Part shown: positions 12,001-23,378 of the stretch, in pieces
Layout: each line of letters starts with the position of its first letter
Numbering within the stretch: position 1 is the stretch's first letter
Assembly: GCF_000002075.1 (NCBI RefSeq)
Contig: NW_004797808.1
Coordinates: 384,102-448,101, forward strand
Reading direction: 5' to 3'
Length of the DNA: 64,000 bases
DNA from: Aplysia californica
Lineage: Eukaryota
The notes under the pieces: generated by a model
Seen by the model: only the letters and a program-made list of their open reading frames with translations
What the model was told of the DNA's origin: nothing
Databases searched by the model: none
Translations under genes and position numbers: made by a program

Positions 12001-15000
12001 TGTTGTGTTGTAAGTGCCGTAAAACTTAAGAAAACAGCAGATTACACTGGCTAACTGAATACTTGTTGGTCTCTTTGTAGAGGATATTTTTTCAAGAGCT
12101 TTACAGTGAATGTTTTAGAATACTTGGTTGTATTTCTGGTCAAATGAAAAATTATATTATAGTTATCAGGGGTTAGCATTGTTGGATTGTTTTGAGCTGT
12201 GTTTTCAGGATTTCAAAGAATTTTTACGGCTGACATTCAAGAGTGATTATATTGAAATGTTTTGTATTGAATGGATTTTGTTTGTGTTGCATCAATGATG
12301 TCCAGCTCAAGCATCTTTTTTTAATGGAGGAACAGATCTACACTATACTTCAATGAACATAATTTTGTTTACCCGTCCTGCTCTCACTGTTCCAGGTTTC
12401 CCTCACCTCTGGTAACCAGACCATAACCCCGGGCACCCCCATCACGGTGACCCACGTGAGCACGACGTCTGCGGGCGGGGTCGGGCTGAGTCTGACGCCA
12501 CAAGGGGCGGTGAAGACAGCCACCATCACCTCCCTGGACGCTGGCAGTATGGTCGGGGCCGTGGCGGGCATCCAGGTGCACTCGGTGCAGCCCGGGCAGA
12601 AGACGGTGCCGGGCCTTACTCAGAGCCTGGTCACTGCACAGACTGTTCAGGTATGTGTTGGAGTTCTCAGCCTAAATGTACAGTACTTGGGAGAGCTCCT
12701 AAGTTTGAAACACTGGTAGCTATGGTGAAATGGCTAGGTTCTCTGCCATGCCAGCAAAAAGTTTACACAGGAAAAGGGCACAACCGTTTCATTTCCTTGA
12801 TATTTTAGTGATTACTGTTACCTCTGGGGGGTGGGGGTCACTTCATTGATTAAGTGAGGAAATATGATTGTTTTATAAAAGAATTCCCCAATCACGGTTA
12901 CACCTACAAATGTGTTGAAATGAAGGGGGGGGGGGGGGGGTCGCCAAAAAGACTGACTCCTGTACTAATGTGCACTGTCAGTAACAGATAGGAAGAAAAT
13001 GTTGGTGGTAGGGAAGAGTGCTCGGCCATGCAACCACTCCGGACCACCTGTCTTCTGTTGCAACTCCGTAAATGCTTGGATGACGATAGACATTCCGAGA
13101 GAGTTTTCTGTAGTGATTGGTTAAACAACTACGTTGTAGTTCTTTGGGTGCAACTGATGACTTGACTAAATCATTCATCCTTTAGGCCTTTCTAGTGTTT
13201 TTCTGCAGTCATGCATGTTGCACATCATAGGCCTATATAAGCTATACAGTCACCCAAATCCAAGTGAGAAACCTGTCAAACAGGCATGTTGAGTGACCAA
13301 TCAAAATAAAGTGACTGTGCTCATGCATGTCTAGATTATACAGAAAAAAACCCGTCAATTGACAAAAGCATTCATTTGTGGAGACCGTGCTTTGGCATGG
13401 CAGAAACTATTGTAATTCCTGAGCTTTTTGATTGTTGAAAGTTACTTTAGAATTTTTGTTACTCCATTACTTCTGCTTTACTCAAAGAAAGTTGTGGAAT
13501 GTAGGTAAGGTGAGTAGAATAAAGTAAGGCCATCATATGACCTTATGCAGTTGCGAGCGCCGTTAAACATGTACCCAAAAAAAATCTTTAAAAAGGAATG
13601 ACGTAATGAAAAAATATAAAGTAAGGACTTGTGTAAAAGTAATGTAAAAGGTGACACTTATTGAATTACCCAATTACTGTCGACACAGGTTCGACTGTAG
13701 TATGCCCCTGTAATTTGTCTTTGTGATTGAGGAAAAAAACCATGAAACAATTATTATTGTTTCTCCAGGTGCAGCAGGCATCTAGCGGCTCAGGGCCACA
13801 AGCCACGCAGTTCTTACAGGTGACCCCAGCTACAGTGCAGAGTCAAGGGTCGAGCAGTGGACAGCCCCAGCAAGCCACGGTGACGGTCCCCGCTGGGCTG
13901 GTGGCCGCCTCAGCTCTGAGAGCCACCCCAACGCCACCCACGGCCAACCCTCGCTCAGTCACGCCCACACAGATCAGCCTGGTGTCCGCGCCTGTTCCTG
14001 CCGCCAGCATTGCTTCAGTGCAGGTGAGGAGCCCCAGGAGTATGTTGGAATTGTTTTGTTTTCCTGTGTTTTGATGTAAGACATGCAGTGAAACACTGGC
14101 CTCTATCTATGGTGAAATGACTAGGTTCTTTGCAATGCTAACAAGAAATGTAAGTTGACTCTAGCTTGGGTGGAGAAGATAATGAGATGATAATTTTCTT
14201 GCTTAAAATGGGATGACCCTCAAAGGTAGTTTAGAAGTAGGCCATCTGAAAAATTATTTAGATTGTCGGTAAGGCATATATATATCTTACCAACCAAGCA
14301 TTAAGATGAAATCCCCCACAAGGTTGAGAGGGGAAGATTTAAAGAACTTGGGAGAAGGACTTAAATTTGGACCTGAAACTCACTCCCTCTAAATGCACGC
14401 TCCGATCCACGAAACACCGACAGGTAAAGCTTGACAAAGGGAAATTTTCACTACAACCTGCACAACCTGCTTAAGACAAGCCTAGAAAACCAGATATTTG
14501 GTGAGACTGCCCCTCACACCGAACAAAGAGAGTGATGGACAGCGTTTTCACACCCAACTTTCCACAGACAGTACATAGGTCTAGGACTGGTCTGTGAAAT
14601 GTTGAGGGGTTGGGGGACTGAAATGTTTTTTGATTGGTCACTGGAAATGCATCTTTGAGTGAAGGGTTTCTGACTGGTGTTTGGGTGACTGCATGTAATG
14701 TTTAGTTAGACCTTGGTTTATGATGCACAACACGTGTGAATGCTGTAAAACATAAGACAGACCTCTATAGGATTAAAGATTAGTCAAGTATGCCTAATCA
14801 GCTGCACTCGAAGAACTTATAACGTCCCTGTTCAACGAATCACAAGAGAAATGTTTCTTTTGAATGTAGAAACTTATGATTCCGATGTTGTCCTTGAATT
14901 TATGGTCGGGGATGGTCGCTTGGAAAGCCATGTTGCTGGCTGTCATCTCTATGACTATCACCAACAGTTTCCTCTTAGGCTATCTGTTCCCAACATTTTA

Positions 15001-15310
15001 TGGTGCATATCATTACATTGAGTCTTTCTCCAAGGGAGGCCACTAGAATATTAAGGAATTGAGATTACTGCGTCCTTTCCCCCTTTGCTCAGTGTGATGG
15101 ATTCCTTTCCATGTTCTGCAGGTTCAGCCGGCTCCAGCTGCAACAAGTGAAGTTGTGGCCACCACAGCACAGGTGATAGCGCAGAATGTGCCGGCCCCGG
15201 CTGCCATGGCCACTGTTGTCACCCAGACCAGCCAACCGGACTCCTCACAGGCTGGCGCTGGACAGAAAGCCTCACCGTATGCCATGAGAACTCGCAATAC
15301 AAAACATTGA
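1..15310 (+). CDS. EP400: E1A-binding protein p400 / domino (isoform-A type C-terminus), 5'-partial, last 14 coding exons
   Basis: GT-AG exons in continuous frame: <1-122, 878-1099, 1433-1759, 2615-2749, 3320-3466, 6516-6756, 8388-8617, 9237-9353, 10211-10385, 11124-11219, 11527-11723, 12396-12650, 13769-14023, 15122-15310 (TGA). PEWLVHEEWALLEAV...NWDFVSDFV..GRIFRAAKHCRYQYECVVLPREDGK...RPLRTEQLY matches the EP400/domino SANT-like region, followed by polyQ and a low-complexity tail ending SPYAMRTRNTKH*. Confidence 0.9.
468..580 (+). mobile_element. Short retroposon family C (further copies ~5533-5656, 18131-18270, 55597-55748, 56600-56735)
   Basis: Shared head GTGGGT(A/G)GTGGAGGGCGCCACTGGTAGGTCC, pyrimidine-rich body, GCACTAA.TGACC...GTCGATGTG-type 3' end (degenerate in this copy) and (AAAC)n tail in some copies. 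Confidence 0.6.
1705..1748 (+). repeat. Coding (CAG)n polyglutamine tract in EP400 exon
   Basis: CAG run encoding [14 protein letters not shown]. Confidence 0.9.
4132..4207 (+). ncRNA. Box C/D snoRNA-like unit 1 (divergent), EP400 intron
   Basis: GCAGGAT/ATTCTGC terminal stem; box C ATGATGA 4140-4146; D' ATGA; C' TTGATGA; box D CTGA 4197-4200; guide ACACTTCAGTCTT. Confidence 0.7.
4752..4828 (+). ncRNA. Box C/D snoRNA-like unit 2 (type a)
   Basis: ACAGGAT/ATCCTGT stem; box C GTGATGA 4760-4766; box D CTGA 4818-4821; same guide. Confidence 0.75.
5186..5259 (+). ncRNA. Box C/D snoRNA-like unit 3 (type b)
   Basis: AGGAT/ATCCT stem; box C 5192-5198; box D 5251-5254; same guide. Confidence 0.7.
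5757..5831 (+). ncRNA. Box C/D snoRNA-like unit 4 (type a)
   Basis: CAGGAT/ATCCTG stem; box C 5764-5770; box D 5822-5825; same guide. Confidence 0.72.
5981..6056 (+). ncRNA. Box C/D snoRNA-like unit 5 (type b)
   Basis: CAGGAT/ATCCTG stem; box C 5988-5994; box D 6047-6050; same guide. Confidence 0.75.
7445..7621. mobile_element. hAT (Charlie-like) MITE
   Basis: Right TIR GGTTGAGAACCACTG; degenerate left TIR TAGTTGCTTTTAACC; 8-bp TSD-like GTGTAGAG/TTGTAGAT fitting the NTCTAGAN preference. Confidence 0.7.
11877..12034 (+). mobile_element. Short retroposon family A copy
   Basis: GTGGGTGGTTGG head, CGGCACTT...AAGTGCCGTAAAAC 3' end, imperfect TSD CAG(G/C)AGATTAC. Confidence 0.8.
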
Positions 15311-16869
15311 GCTGTAGTAGTTATTTCCGGGGTAGATGACCATTTGAATTTTATTTTTTTTATTATGTAAATTTCTCTCTTGTCTTGTCGCGATGTAGAC
15401 TTAATTGTAGGCTTAGAAATCGGGGATAGTTGGTTGGGGCTTGTATTGAATTGGCTTGATAGATGAAGGAGCATCATCTTCAGCAATTTCTAGACGTGAG
15501 AAAATGCTGGATCTCTTTTGTCTAACTTTTTAATAAAAATCTTATTCACTTTATATTTTTATGGACTTAATGTAACTATTTCTTTTTGTTAACTGTTTAG
15601 TAAGGTCCTGAAGTTTTTGCCTGTATAACTAGCTTGTGATGTGCCTGGTAATACATAACAGATTTAATCAAAATTGAAAACAATGAAGCTTATGGTTATT
15701 GTGAACAAGCGTATGGGATGTTGATACAACAAATTTAAAAAATGGTTAATGAGTTCAAAGTTGCAGATTGCTTTGAAAGCATACACCTTTTTAACTCCTT
15801 TCAGCCAGAATTAATTTCATTGATTTTCCTGAACAGCCAGAATTAAATCAGTGCTGTCATTTGTGTAAGTTTTTGTAACACCAACATTTTTGGATTTAGA
15901 TTTGCCTCGTTCACCATGCCAAAAATTGAACCATCCGCAATATTGGGGAAGCAGATACTGAGACTGAATGCAGTAAAAGCAGTTGTGTTGTAGAGAAATT
16001 TGATGCACACTCTTGATGTGGAGAGTGACTTAGATTCTAGATCTAATATTTCCATTGACACAACGTGTTGTCACTCGAACGATAAGCCTACATGGGACAA
16101 ATTTTGTTCAGAAAAGAAGTATCACTATGTCTTGACCAGTATTATTAATATGGATTGGGGGAGTGGACGGAAAAGGGTATCTAATAAGGGGATGTAAAAA
16201 CAAGCTCTGCGTCATTCTGGTTCTGGCTGATAGGAGTTACACTTTTATTTCTCATCATTCCTCAAGTATTTTCCTTCAGCTGGGTGTTCTGTCTAGGGAT
16301 CAAGAGCGCTGGCTTTGAACCAGTGTGTTCAGAGTCTAATATTTGTTTAAATTTCCACCAGCATACCGATACTGATAAAGGTCATGAACCTCATAGCCAT
16401 AACAGGACTTCTCATTTTGCAAGATGATCCAGATGAAAATTGGACAGAATAATCTTGGTCATTCCTTCTCAAGCGAAACATGTTTCCGGTATGGTATTCG
16501 AGGTGTAGCCTGAAGATTGTACAAAAGGCTAAAAAAGTACTTTGCTGTGAAAGTGTGTGCATATGGTGTTCGAGTTTTTGAAATTATGTGCATTTTATTA
16601 GTGTATTTTTGTGTCGTATAATTATGTACAGTAGGAGGTGCCCATCCTTTGAATTTTGAATGAATTGTATGTGCAAGTGATGATATGGTATTGCAGAAAC
16701 TTACTTGTTGGAAGTTGAGTATGAGGAAATGGATTAGGGTGTAATAATGCTCTGCATATACTGTTTGTCAATTTACTGGCTTACTGTAATGTTCTGTAAA
16801 AATGGGGAATCTTATTCCCCCCAAGTTTATGGCAAATTTCTGTTGTTTTGTACTTTTATTGCCTTTGAG

Positions 16870-16875
16870 AATAAA
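16870..16875 (+). terminator. Candidate polyadenylation signal of EP400 (3'UTR ~1.6 kb)
   Basis: AATAAA followed by T-rich sequence; a proximal AATAAA also occurs at ~15532. Confidence 0.45.
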
Positions 16876-17209
16876 GTATATCGTACATCAGACTAATGTT
16901 TTTTACATCATTCTATTATGTGCTTTAGAGTCCGAAACTGAACAGTTTGTCCCAAAATAACGGTAATACAAAATAAAATAAAATCCCTCATTTTGTCTTT
17001 GTGAGAAAACTATAGGTTACCGAAAATGCTTCTATAAATCTAAACTGAAAGTGAAAGAATTTGAAGTGTTGTGTTGACTAAATCTTCAGTAACAGCCCTC
17101 AAGTGATGCAAATTATCAAGTCATGCACGCTCTAGATAGCTAGAAGAAGGCATTGACTGTTGACTCTTTGCCTATGTTATTATCACTCACAACATTGGGT
17201 CTGTTATTT

Positions 17210-17640
17210 CGAGAACTGTTGCCTTTCTTTTCTCATCCTTACTATCATCATTTTTCCTGTATTTCTATTGTGTTTTTCACGCTCGTGTGAATTGCTATTT
17301 CAGGCTTGGGTGGTTGGCGGGTGCTCTGGTATGGTTTGCTCTTTCTTTCCTGTCAAACAGCTATCGTCCTTATCTCTCCTCATTTTTTGTGTTTGTTACT
17401 CTCTTGTAACACCTTCGGCACTTGTATGACCTTATTGTGTTCCGTAAAACTCTTACTAAAACTAAAACTATTTCCCGGGTGCCTTGATTGTCAAAGCAGA
17501 CTTTGTGCTGCTGAAGCAAGAGAGGTGAGCAGAGTAAGCCTGATTTCCCGTTTGGACTTCTCTGTTGACATCCACCCCTTGGCGCTCATATGACCTTACG
17601 CAGTTGCGAGCGCTGTAATACCTTACAAAAACTAAACTAT
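17210..17640 (+). mobile_element. Retroposon family B, interrupted by a family A copy (17302-17467)
   Basis: Colinear with the uninterrupted inverted copy at 58600-58857; inner element flanked by TSD CTATTTC (17295-17301 / 17468-17474). Confidence 0.8.
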
Positions 17641-19534
17641 CTTACTTTTCCCCGGCTCTAAATGACCATTTTTGTGTCAATATGCTTCTATAAAAATAAT
17701 ATCTTTGTAGTCAAATTTCCAAACTGAAAAATTAAGGTGGTCTGGCAGATTTCAGTTGAAGATTAAGTGGACTTCACTGTATGTTACATGCAGGAGTGAA
17801 AGAATTTAGGAAATCTGGACACAAGTTCAAGCTTTGGACTCCAGTCTTGGTTGGTTTTTGGTACCATACTAAAAGTAAAAGAAATCATCATTGCCCTTGA
17901 CCCAAGCATGCGTACACAGTATGGAAATGTGCATTACATTTGAATTGATGAGCTGTGTGTAACGATGCAAACATGGAGGGAGCAAGAATCTCAGATGAGC
18001 AATAACTGAAGTTTTCTTACACTATTCATAGGGAAGTATACCTGAAGTTCTCAACATGTTATGTAATACATGTAATTTTTAAAAAACAATGGCTTCACAT
18101 GTGCCACTTTGATCTGGGTGCGGATGATCATGGTTGGTGGAGGGTGCCACTGGTAGGTCCTGCTTCATTTCTTTTCCCCTGTTGTTACTATCTTGTTGAT
18201 CTTTCTTGCTTCTTCCCTGCATGCACTGAATCACCATTATTCTGTTGATGTGCTTCTTTTGACTCAAAACTGATTTATCTCTGCTGTGAGTGGAGCCACT
18301 CAAACTTGGATGAAATGATAGTCAAAATCAAAACCAGTTGAGATGTCATAGTGATTTTATTTGAATATACAATATATGGTCATTCCTCAGTAACCCTGTT
18401 ACCTACGTACATTTGATCAGGGTTAAATAAACTTGGATTTAATGAAATGAGAAGGGTCCCTCCCTACTCCCTGTCAGACAGAAGATGGGCACACAACTAC
18501 ATATTCCTGTGGTGTGCTGGCCGCTCCCTCAACCTCTCTCGACTCTTGACACATGCCAAGCCTGAAAGACGCGTCTTGCGCACATCAACAACCCTTGTGT
18601 TGGTATGGAAGGTGGCCTCTGATTGATTCTCATATGATGTCATTGTATTGTAGTCCGCTTAAGTAAGTGTGTAAGTGTAAGTGTAATGATCTATGAAGCA
18701 GGGCAAGAGAGAAGCTCCGTTTCGTTACAGAGGAACAGTGTGTGAAGCCTCATCAGTGGAGGCTAATCGCCCCATAAGAGACTTCGTTGAATCATCTCTT
18801 TTGAATTACAGTATAATCCGCTTATATCAACATGCTGTAGATTTGATGTCGATATATAAAAAAGTCGATAAATGAAAATATAAAGCCAAAGAGAGGAAAA
18901 ATATGGGGAGGTCAGCGGTAAAAGACAACACGACTTGTTAAAGCTGGTTGCTTCCCTTGGTTCTTGAAACTAACTGGAGTTAGAGGGGAGGGAGGGGGGG
19001 TACCAATGACCGAGCAGCGGGAAGTGCACACTACTCACAAACCTGTTCAAACTTTGTTGTAGCATCCTTATTGTGACTTATTGTAAGGCCTGTTCATGGC
19101 CGCTTGCAAGGGAAAATTGAAATGTGAGGCACTGACTCACTGATCGTGGCACTTGCCGGCGACAGTCTGAGAAGGGGAAGGGGAGTGAGCCATCGGGAGT
19201 GGGGGTAAGGAGGTGATGCCCAGCGCTCGAGACGCTCACGTCTGTGAGGCACTGTACTGTGTTGGAGACTACACTGCGTAGGCCCTACATGACCTACTAA
19301 AGCCTGGTGTGTCATTTAATTGGTTACTTGGCGGGTATGCGGACTTAATGATGAACTATTGCGTTGACCGTTAGCGTGACTTCTCCCCCCATTTCTGTTC
19401 GTGGGCCTTGCCAGGTACCCAGGAAGCATGTCGATAAAGCAGAGGGGGCCGAAAAAAGTCGATATAATAAGAGAATTTGTTTTCAATGGCGATATATTGA
19501 AAGAAAAATTTCGTAATTGGAAAATTTGTCAATA

Positions 19535-22392
19535 CAGTGGAATCATGTTATAACGAGAGGGAGCAAAATGTCCGTTATAGCAGGATTCTCGCTATAAGGG
19601 ATCCTGTAATAAATCCAAGGGAAACTGTAAAGTAGGCCTTATCTATGAGTTTGGTGTTCTGTTTATTTCCTTTTGCTATCCCCCCTTATGATGATTTTGT
19701 TTCAACATGACCTCTAGGTCTTACTTGATCAAAAATTCTTTTCGAAATCAAAATAAATTCCATCACAAAAACCCTTCAAAACAATATTGACTGCTCACTT
19801 TATGTTGACGACTTCCTGATTTGCTATAAATCCAAATCCAAAATGGATCACATTGAACGTCAGCTTCAGCTTCAACTCCATAAACTGGAAACTTGGGCAA
19901 ACGGGCACGGGTTCAAATTTTCCACATTAAAAACAAACTGTGTGCATTTTTGTCTGTCGCACAAGTGTGTGCGACAACCAGATTTATATTTGTTTGGAGA
20001 GAAAATTCCTGTTAAAAAACAAGCTCGTTTCCTGGGCGTAATCTTCGACAATAAACTTTCTTTCCTACCACACTTGAAAGACCTAAAGACGAGGTGTCAG
20101 AGTGCTCTCAACGCCTTAAAAGTAATATCTAATCCTGAATGGGGAGGAGATACTGAAATACTTCTTCAGCTTTACCGTTCCCTTGTCCGCTCCAGGCTGG
20201 ACTATGCCAGTCCTGTTTACAGATCAGCCAGAAAGTCTTACCTTAAAATTTTAGACCCTGTTCAGAACCAAGGCCTTCGCCTTGCCCTAGGCGCTTTCCG
20301 TACTTCACCTGTAGAAAGTTTACAGGCAGAAGCGCATGAACCATCTTTGGAACTTAGAAGGAAAAAACTCTCTTTGCAGTACGCTTTGAAACTTAGCTCA
20401 GTACCCCAAAACCCAGCCCACAAATGTGTCTTTGGCCTTCCCGAAGATCTAAAAACCCTATCCTCCTTAGGAAATAAAGTAAGCGAGTAAGCCCTTTCGG
20501 AATAAGAATCCAGAACGATCTCAAAGACATTGATTTTTCTGAAGACATAATCGAGCCCTTTGCCATGTCCAGCATACCTCCATGGCATTTAACCAAACCA
20601 AACATAGATACTAGTCTTGAAAAACACAACAAAAAGTCCACAGACAAAACTACATACTTAAACTCATACAAACAGCTGATAAATAGATACCTTGAAGCAG
20701 AGAAACTCTTTACAGACGGATCCATAAATGACTCCTCAGTAGGAGCTGCTGCCCTTGCATCGCCACACAGCTTAAGCTTAAGGAAACTCCATCCAGAAGC
20801 TTCAGTCTACACTGCTGAGGCTACAGCTCTTGAAATGGCCCTAAATATTATAGATCAATCAACCAAGTCTACCTTCCTAATCCTTTCAGACTCTCTCTCT
20901 TGTCTGAAATCCTTAGAGCGCTCTGACACCTCCGACAACAGAATTTTGAAACTTATCATTAAACTGCATTTTCTACATCAGTCTGGAAAAACTATTACAA
21001 TAGCTTGGCTTCCAAGCCATGTAGGCATTGATGGCAACGAAGCCGTTGACCAATTTGCCAAAGAATCTCTAAAACTACATGAAAACAAAAATAGTAAAAT
21101 CCCCTTCTCTGACATGAAACCGAAAGTAAAAGAACACATCACATCCTCCTGGTCCCAAAGTTGGAATCAACAAATACACAACAAACTCCATTACATTCAA
21201 CCGAAACTTACACCCAGGAAACCATTTTCTCTACCACGAAGAGAAAAAGTAATTTTTACCCGACTAAAAATAGGACACACGCACGTCACGCACAAACATT
21301 TTCTCGAGGGAGAGGAAGCTCCTTTTTGCGTGGCGTGCAACACAAATTTCACAGTTCGGCACATCCTAATGGAATGTGTTGACTTTAATTATGTCCGTGA
21401 TAAATATTTTAAATGTAAAGATATTAAGACCCTTTTTAACATCATAGAACCTAGAAGAATTTTAAGTTTTATAAAAGAAATTGGACTGTTTAATAAAATG
21501 TGAAAATATATAGTTGTCGTTGTCGGTGTATATATACATACACTGAGATTTGTATTGTATATACAAATGTAAATAAGCCTTTTCCATATTTACAAATTTT
21601 TTTTATAAATGTTTGTTCGTCTTTTTAGCATAATAGAAATAGTGTGATCGTTTGCGGTTGCGAGCTCCGAAAGACTCTTTATTAAAACACGTCTGATTCT
21701 GTAGCGGTGAAACCTGATGGCGCTTAAATGACCAAAATTGTGTCGATAGTGCCGTAAAACATCTACCCAATCAATCAATCAATCAAAAATCGAATCAGGT
21801 TTCTTTCTCTAGCGCTAGATCTCGTGATGTGGACTGACAGCTCGGCGTTGGCGATCAGAAAGAAAGGGCCTTAGGCTAACTCCCCCCGCTGTGTTTTCCC
21901 CCACCCCACCCCACCCTGTGGTGCATTCTGTCTGATTGCGCACGTCACACATTCGCTCCGCCCATCACATTGATGTGACCTCTCCATCCACGCATTGGAG
22001 AAGTGAGAGGCATGGAAGGCCTTGATAATCTAAACTAGGCTTACGCTGGCCTATCACGCGATGCGTTCTGCTTGTCTGCGCATGCCACACACCCCCTACT
22101 CAGTTGCTCCGGCCTTCATTGTTGACACACATGGGCTCTCCTATTCTTTGTTTCGCAAGATCACCAACAAGTTTCTCTAGTGGCGAGGGTTTGCATGATG
22201 TATAACTGGCATATGCACTGTGCACAGCAGCAGCAATATTCCGCTATAACCGACTCGCATGTTTGTCTGATAGCGCTATGGCAGTATTTTATTTACAAAG
22301 GTAAAGAGGAGAAAAAAAACCGGGTTTTTAGAATAGTGTCTTTATAACAGACTTTTCGTTTTTTCCGGACTCGTTATAAGTGGACTCCACTG
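19535..22392. mobile_element. Second Tc1/mariner-pogo-type MITE nested in the first
   Basis: TIRs CAGTGGAATCATGTTATAACGAG / CTCGTTATAAGTGGACTCCACTG, TA flanks. Confidence 0.75.
19737..21781 (+). mobile_element. 5'-truncated non-LTR retrotransposon, I group (I/Nimb/Ingi-like): RT C-terminus, RNase H, CCHC
   Basis: YVDD at 19801-19812; ORF 19843-20490 (RT thumb: FLGVIFD, LYRSLVRSRLDY); one frameshift ~20470-20490; ORF 20565-21503 with RNase H (FTDGS, YTAEA, LSDS, WLPSHVGIDGNEAVD) and CxxC..H....C; 3' stem-loop, (TCAA)n tail; TSD ATCAAAAAT (19728-19736 / 21782-21790). Confidence 0.93.
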
Positions 22393-23378
22393 TATTATGT
22401 CAAAATGTCGATAAATCGGATGTCGATATAAGTGGATTATACTGTATGTGATTTTGTTGATTTCTTTTTTAAAACACCAGGGAATTCTCCTTCCATTGAA
22501 TCCAAGTTTCACTATACTACAAAGGCTTAAGACCTAAGTATAACACAATCTGACCTGTATTTTTTGTCAGTTTGACATTTAACAAATATAAGATGTCAGT
22601 CCCTTCGGAGATGGACTTTAAACTCGGAGGTCCAGCCTCTTATTACTCTTAACCACTAATAAAAGTGTTCATAATTAATAACGGCATTAAACCTACATAG
22701 TAGAACACGGCTATGGCAGGACATTTGGCTCCAGAAGGAAAATCTCGCTGTTGACAAGTTACCGCTATAGGGAGAGGAATGCAAAAGGGGGGAATTACTG
22801 GAAAATTTCTGAAAATCCACATTATCACCTCCCTTCCATATATATCAATAAAATTTGCGCTTTAGATTAGTATTTTAGTCTTCCTTTTCTTGTAAACTTC
22901 ATTGTTTATCTAGGCCTTTAACCCGAGTGAGAAGCCTTTCATTTCGTCTTTGTTGACTGGAAGCCATCTATTCCTCAGTCTCGTTGCCTGTGCTGTCTAT
23001 CGTACCGGTACTACAGTAGAACTCATGAACTGGATGCGTGCGTATGCCTATGAGATTCAACGATAGCAATTCAATGAATCAGGAATCACAGTTCACACAC
23101 GTCACTCTCCTCTTCTTTACTTTTTTTGGCCTTGCCTAGGCCATGGGCTATGGCCTATACGCTCTCCATACTTGTACTGAGAGTACAAGCTATGGCCTAG
23201 GCCATGGCACATCACTTTTGGAGTGACTCAGGTAGCATAACGCGTCTCTCCGCAACAGCTCTCTCTCAACTCTCTGCCGCCTGCCCCACCTCACTCATCA
23301 CTGGACTGGCCAATCACAACGCTGCACAGCTGACTGCCTGTTTGGAGCCCGCCTACAGTCCCCCAACCCCCTTACCCT

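Larger units (their letters stand above)
18809..22444. mobile_element. Tc1/mariner-pogo-type non-autonomous element (outer MITE)
   Basis: TIRs CAGTATAATCCGCTTATATC / GATATAAGTGGATTATACTG with TA on both sides. Confidence 0.8.

Noticed and set aside
12980-13180. RTE-like LINE C-terminal remnant on the minus strand (ATEDRWSGVV)
   Set aside because: Too short and degenerate to support
14400-14600. Degenerate LINE zinc-knuckle fragment (TCTTC...)
   Set aside because: Stops and frameshifts; only a weak motif
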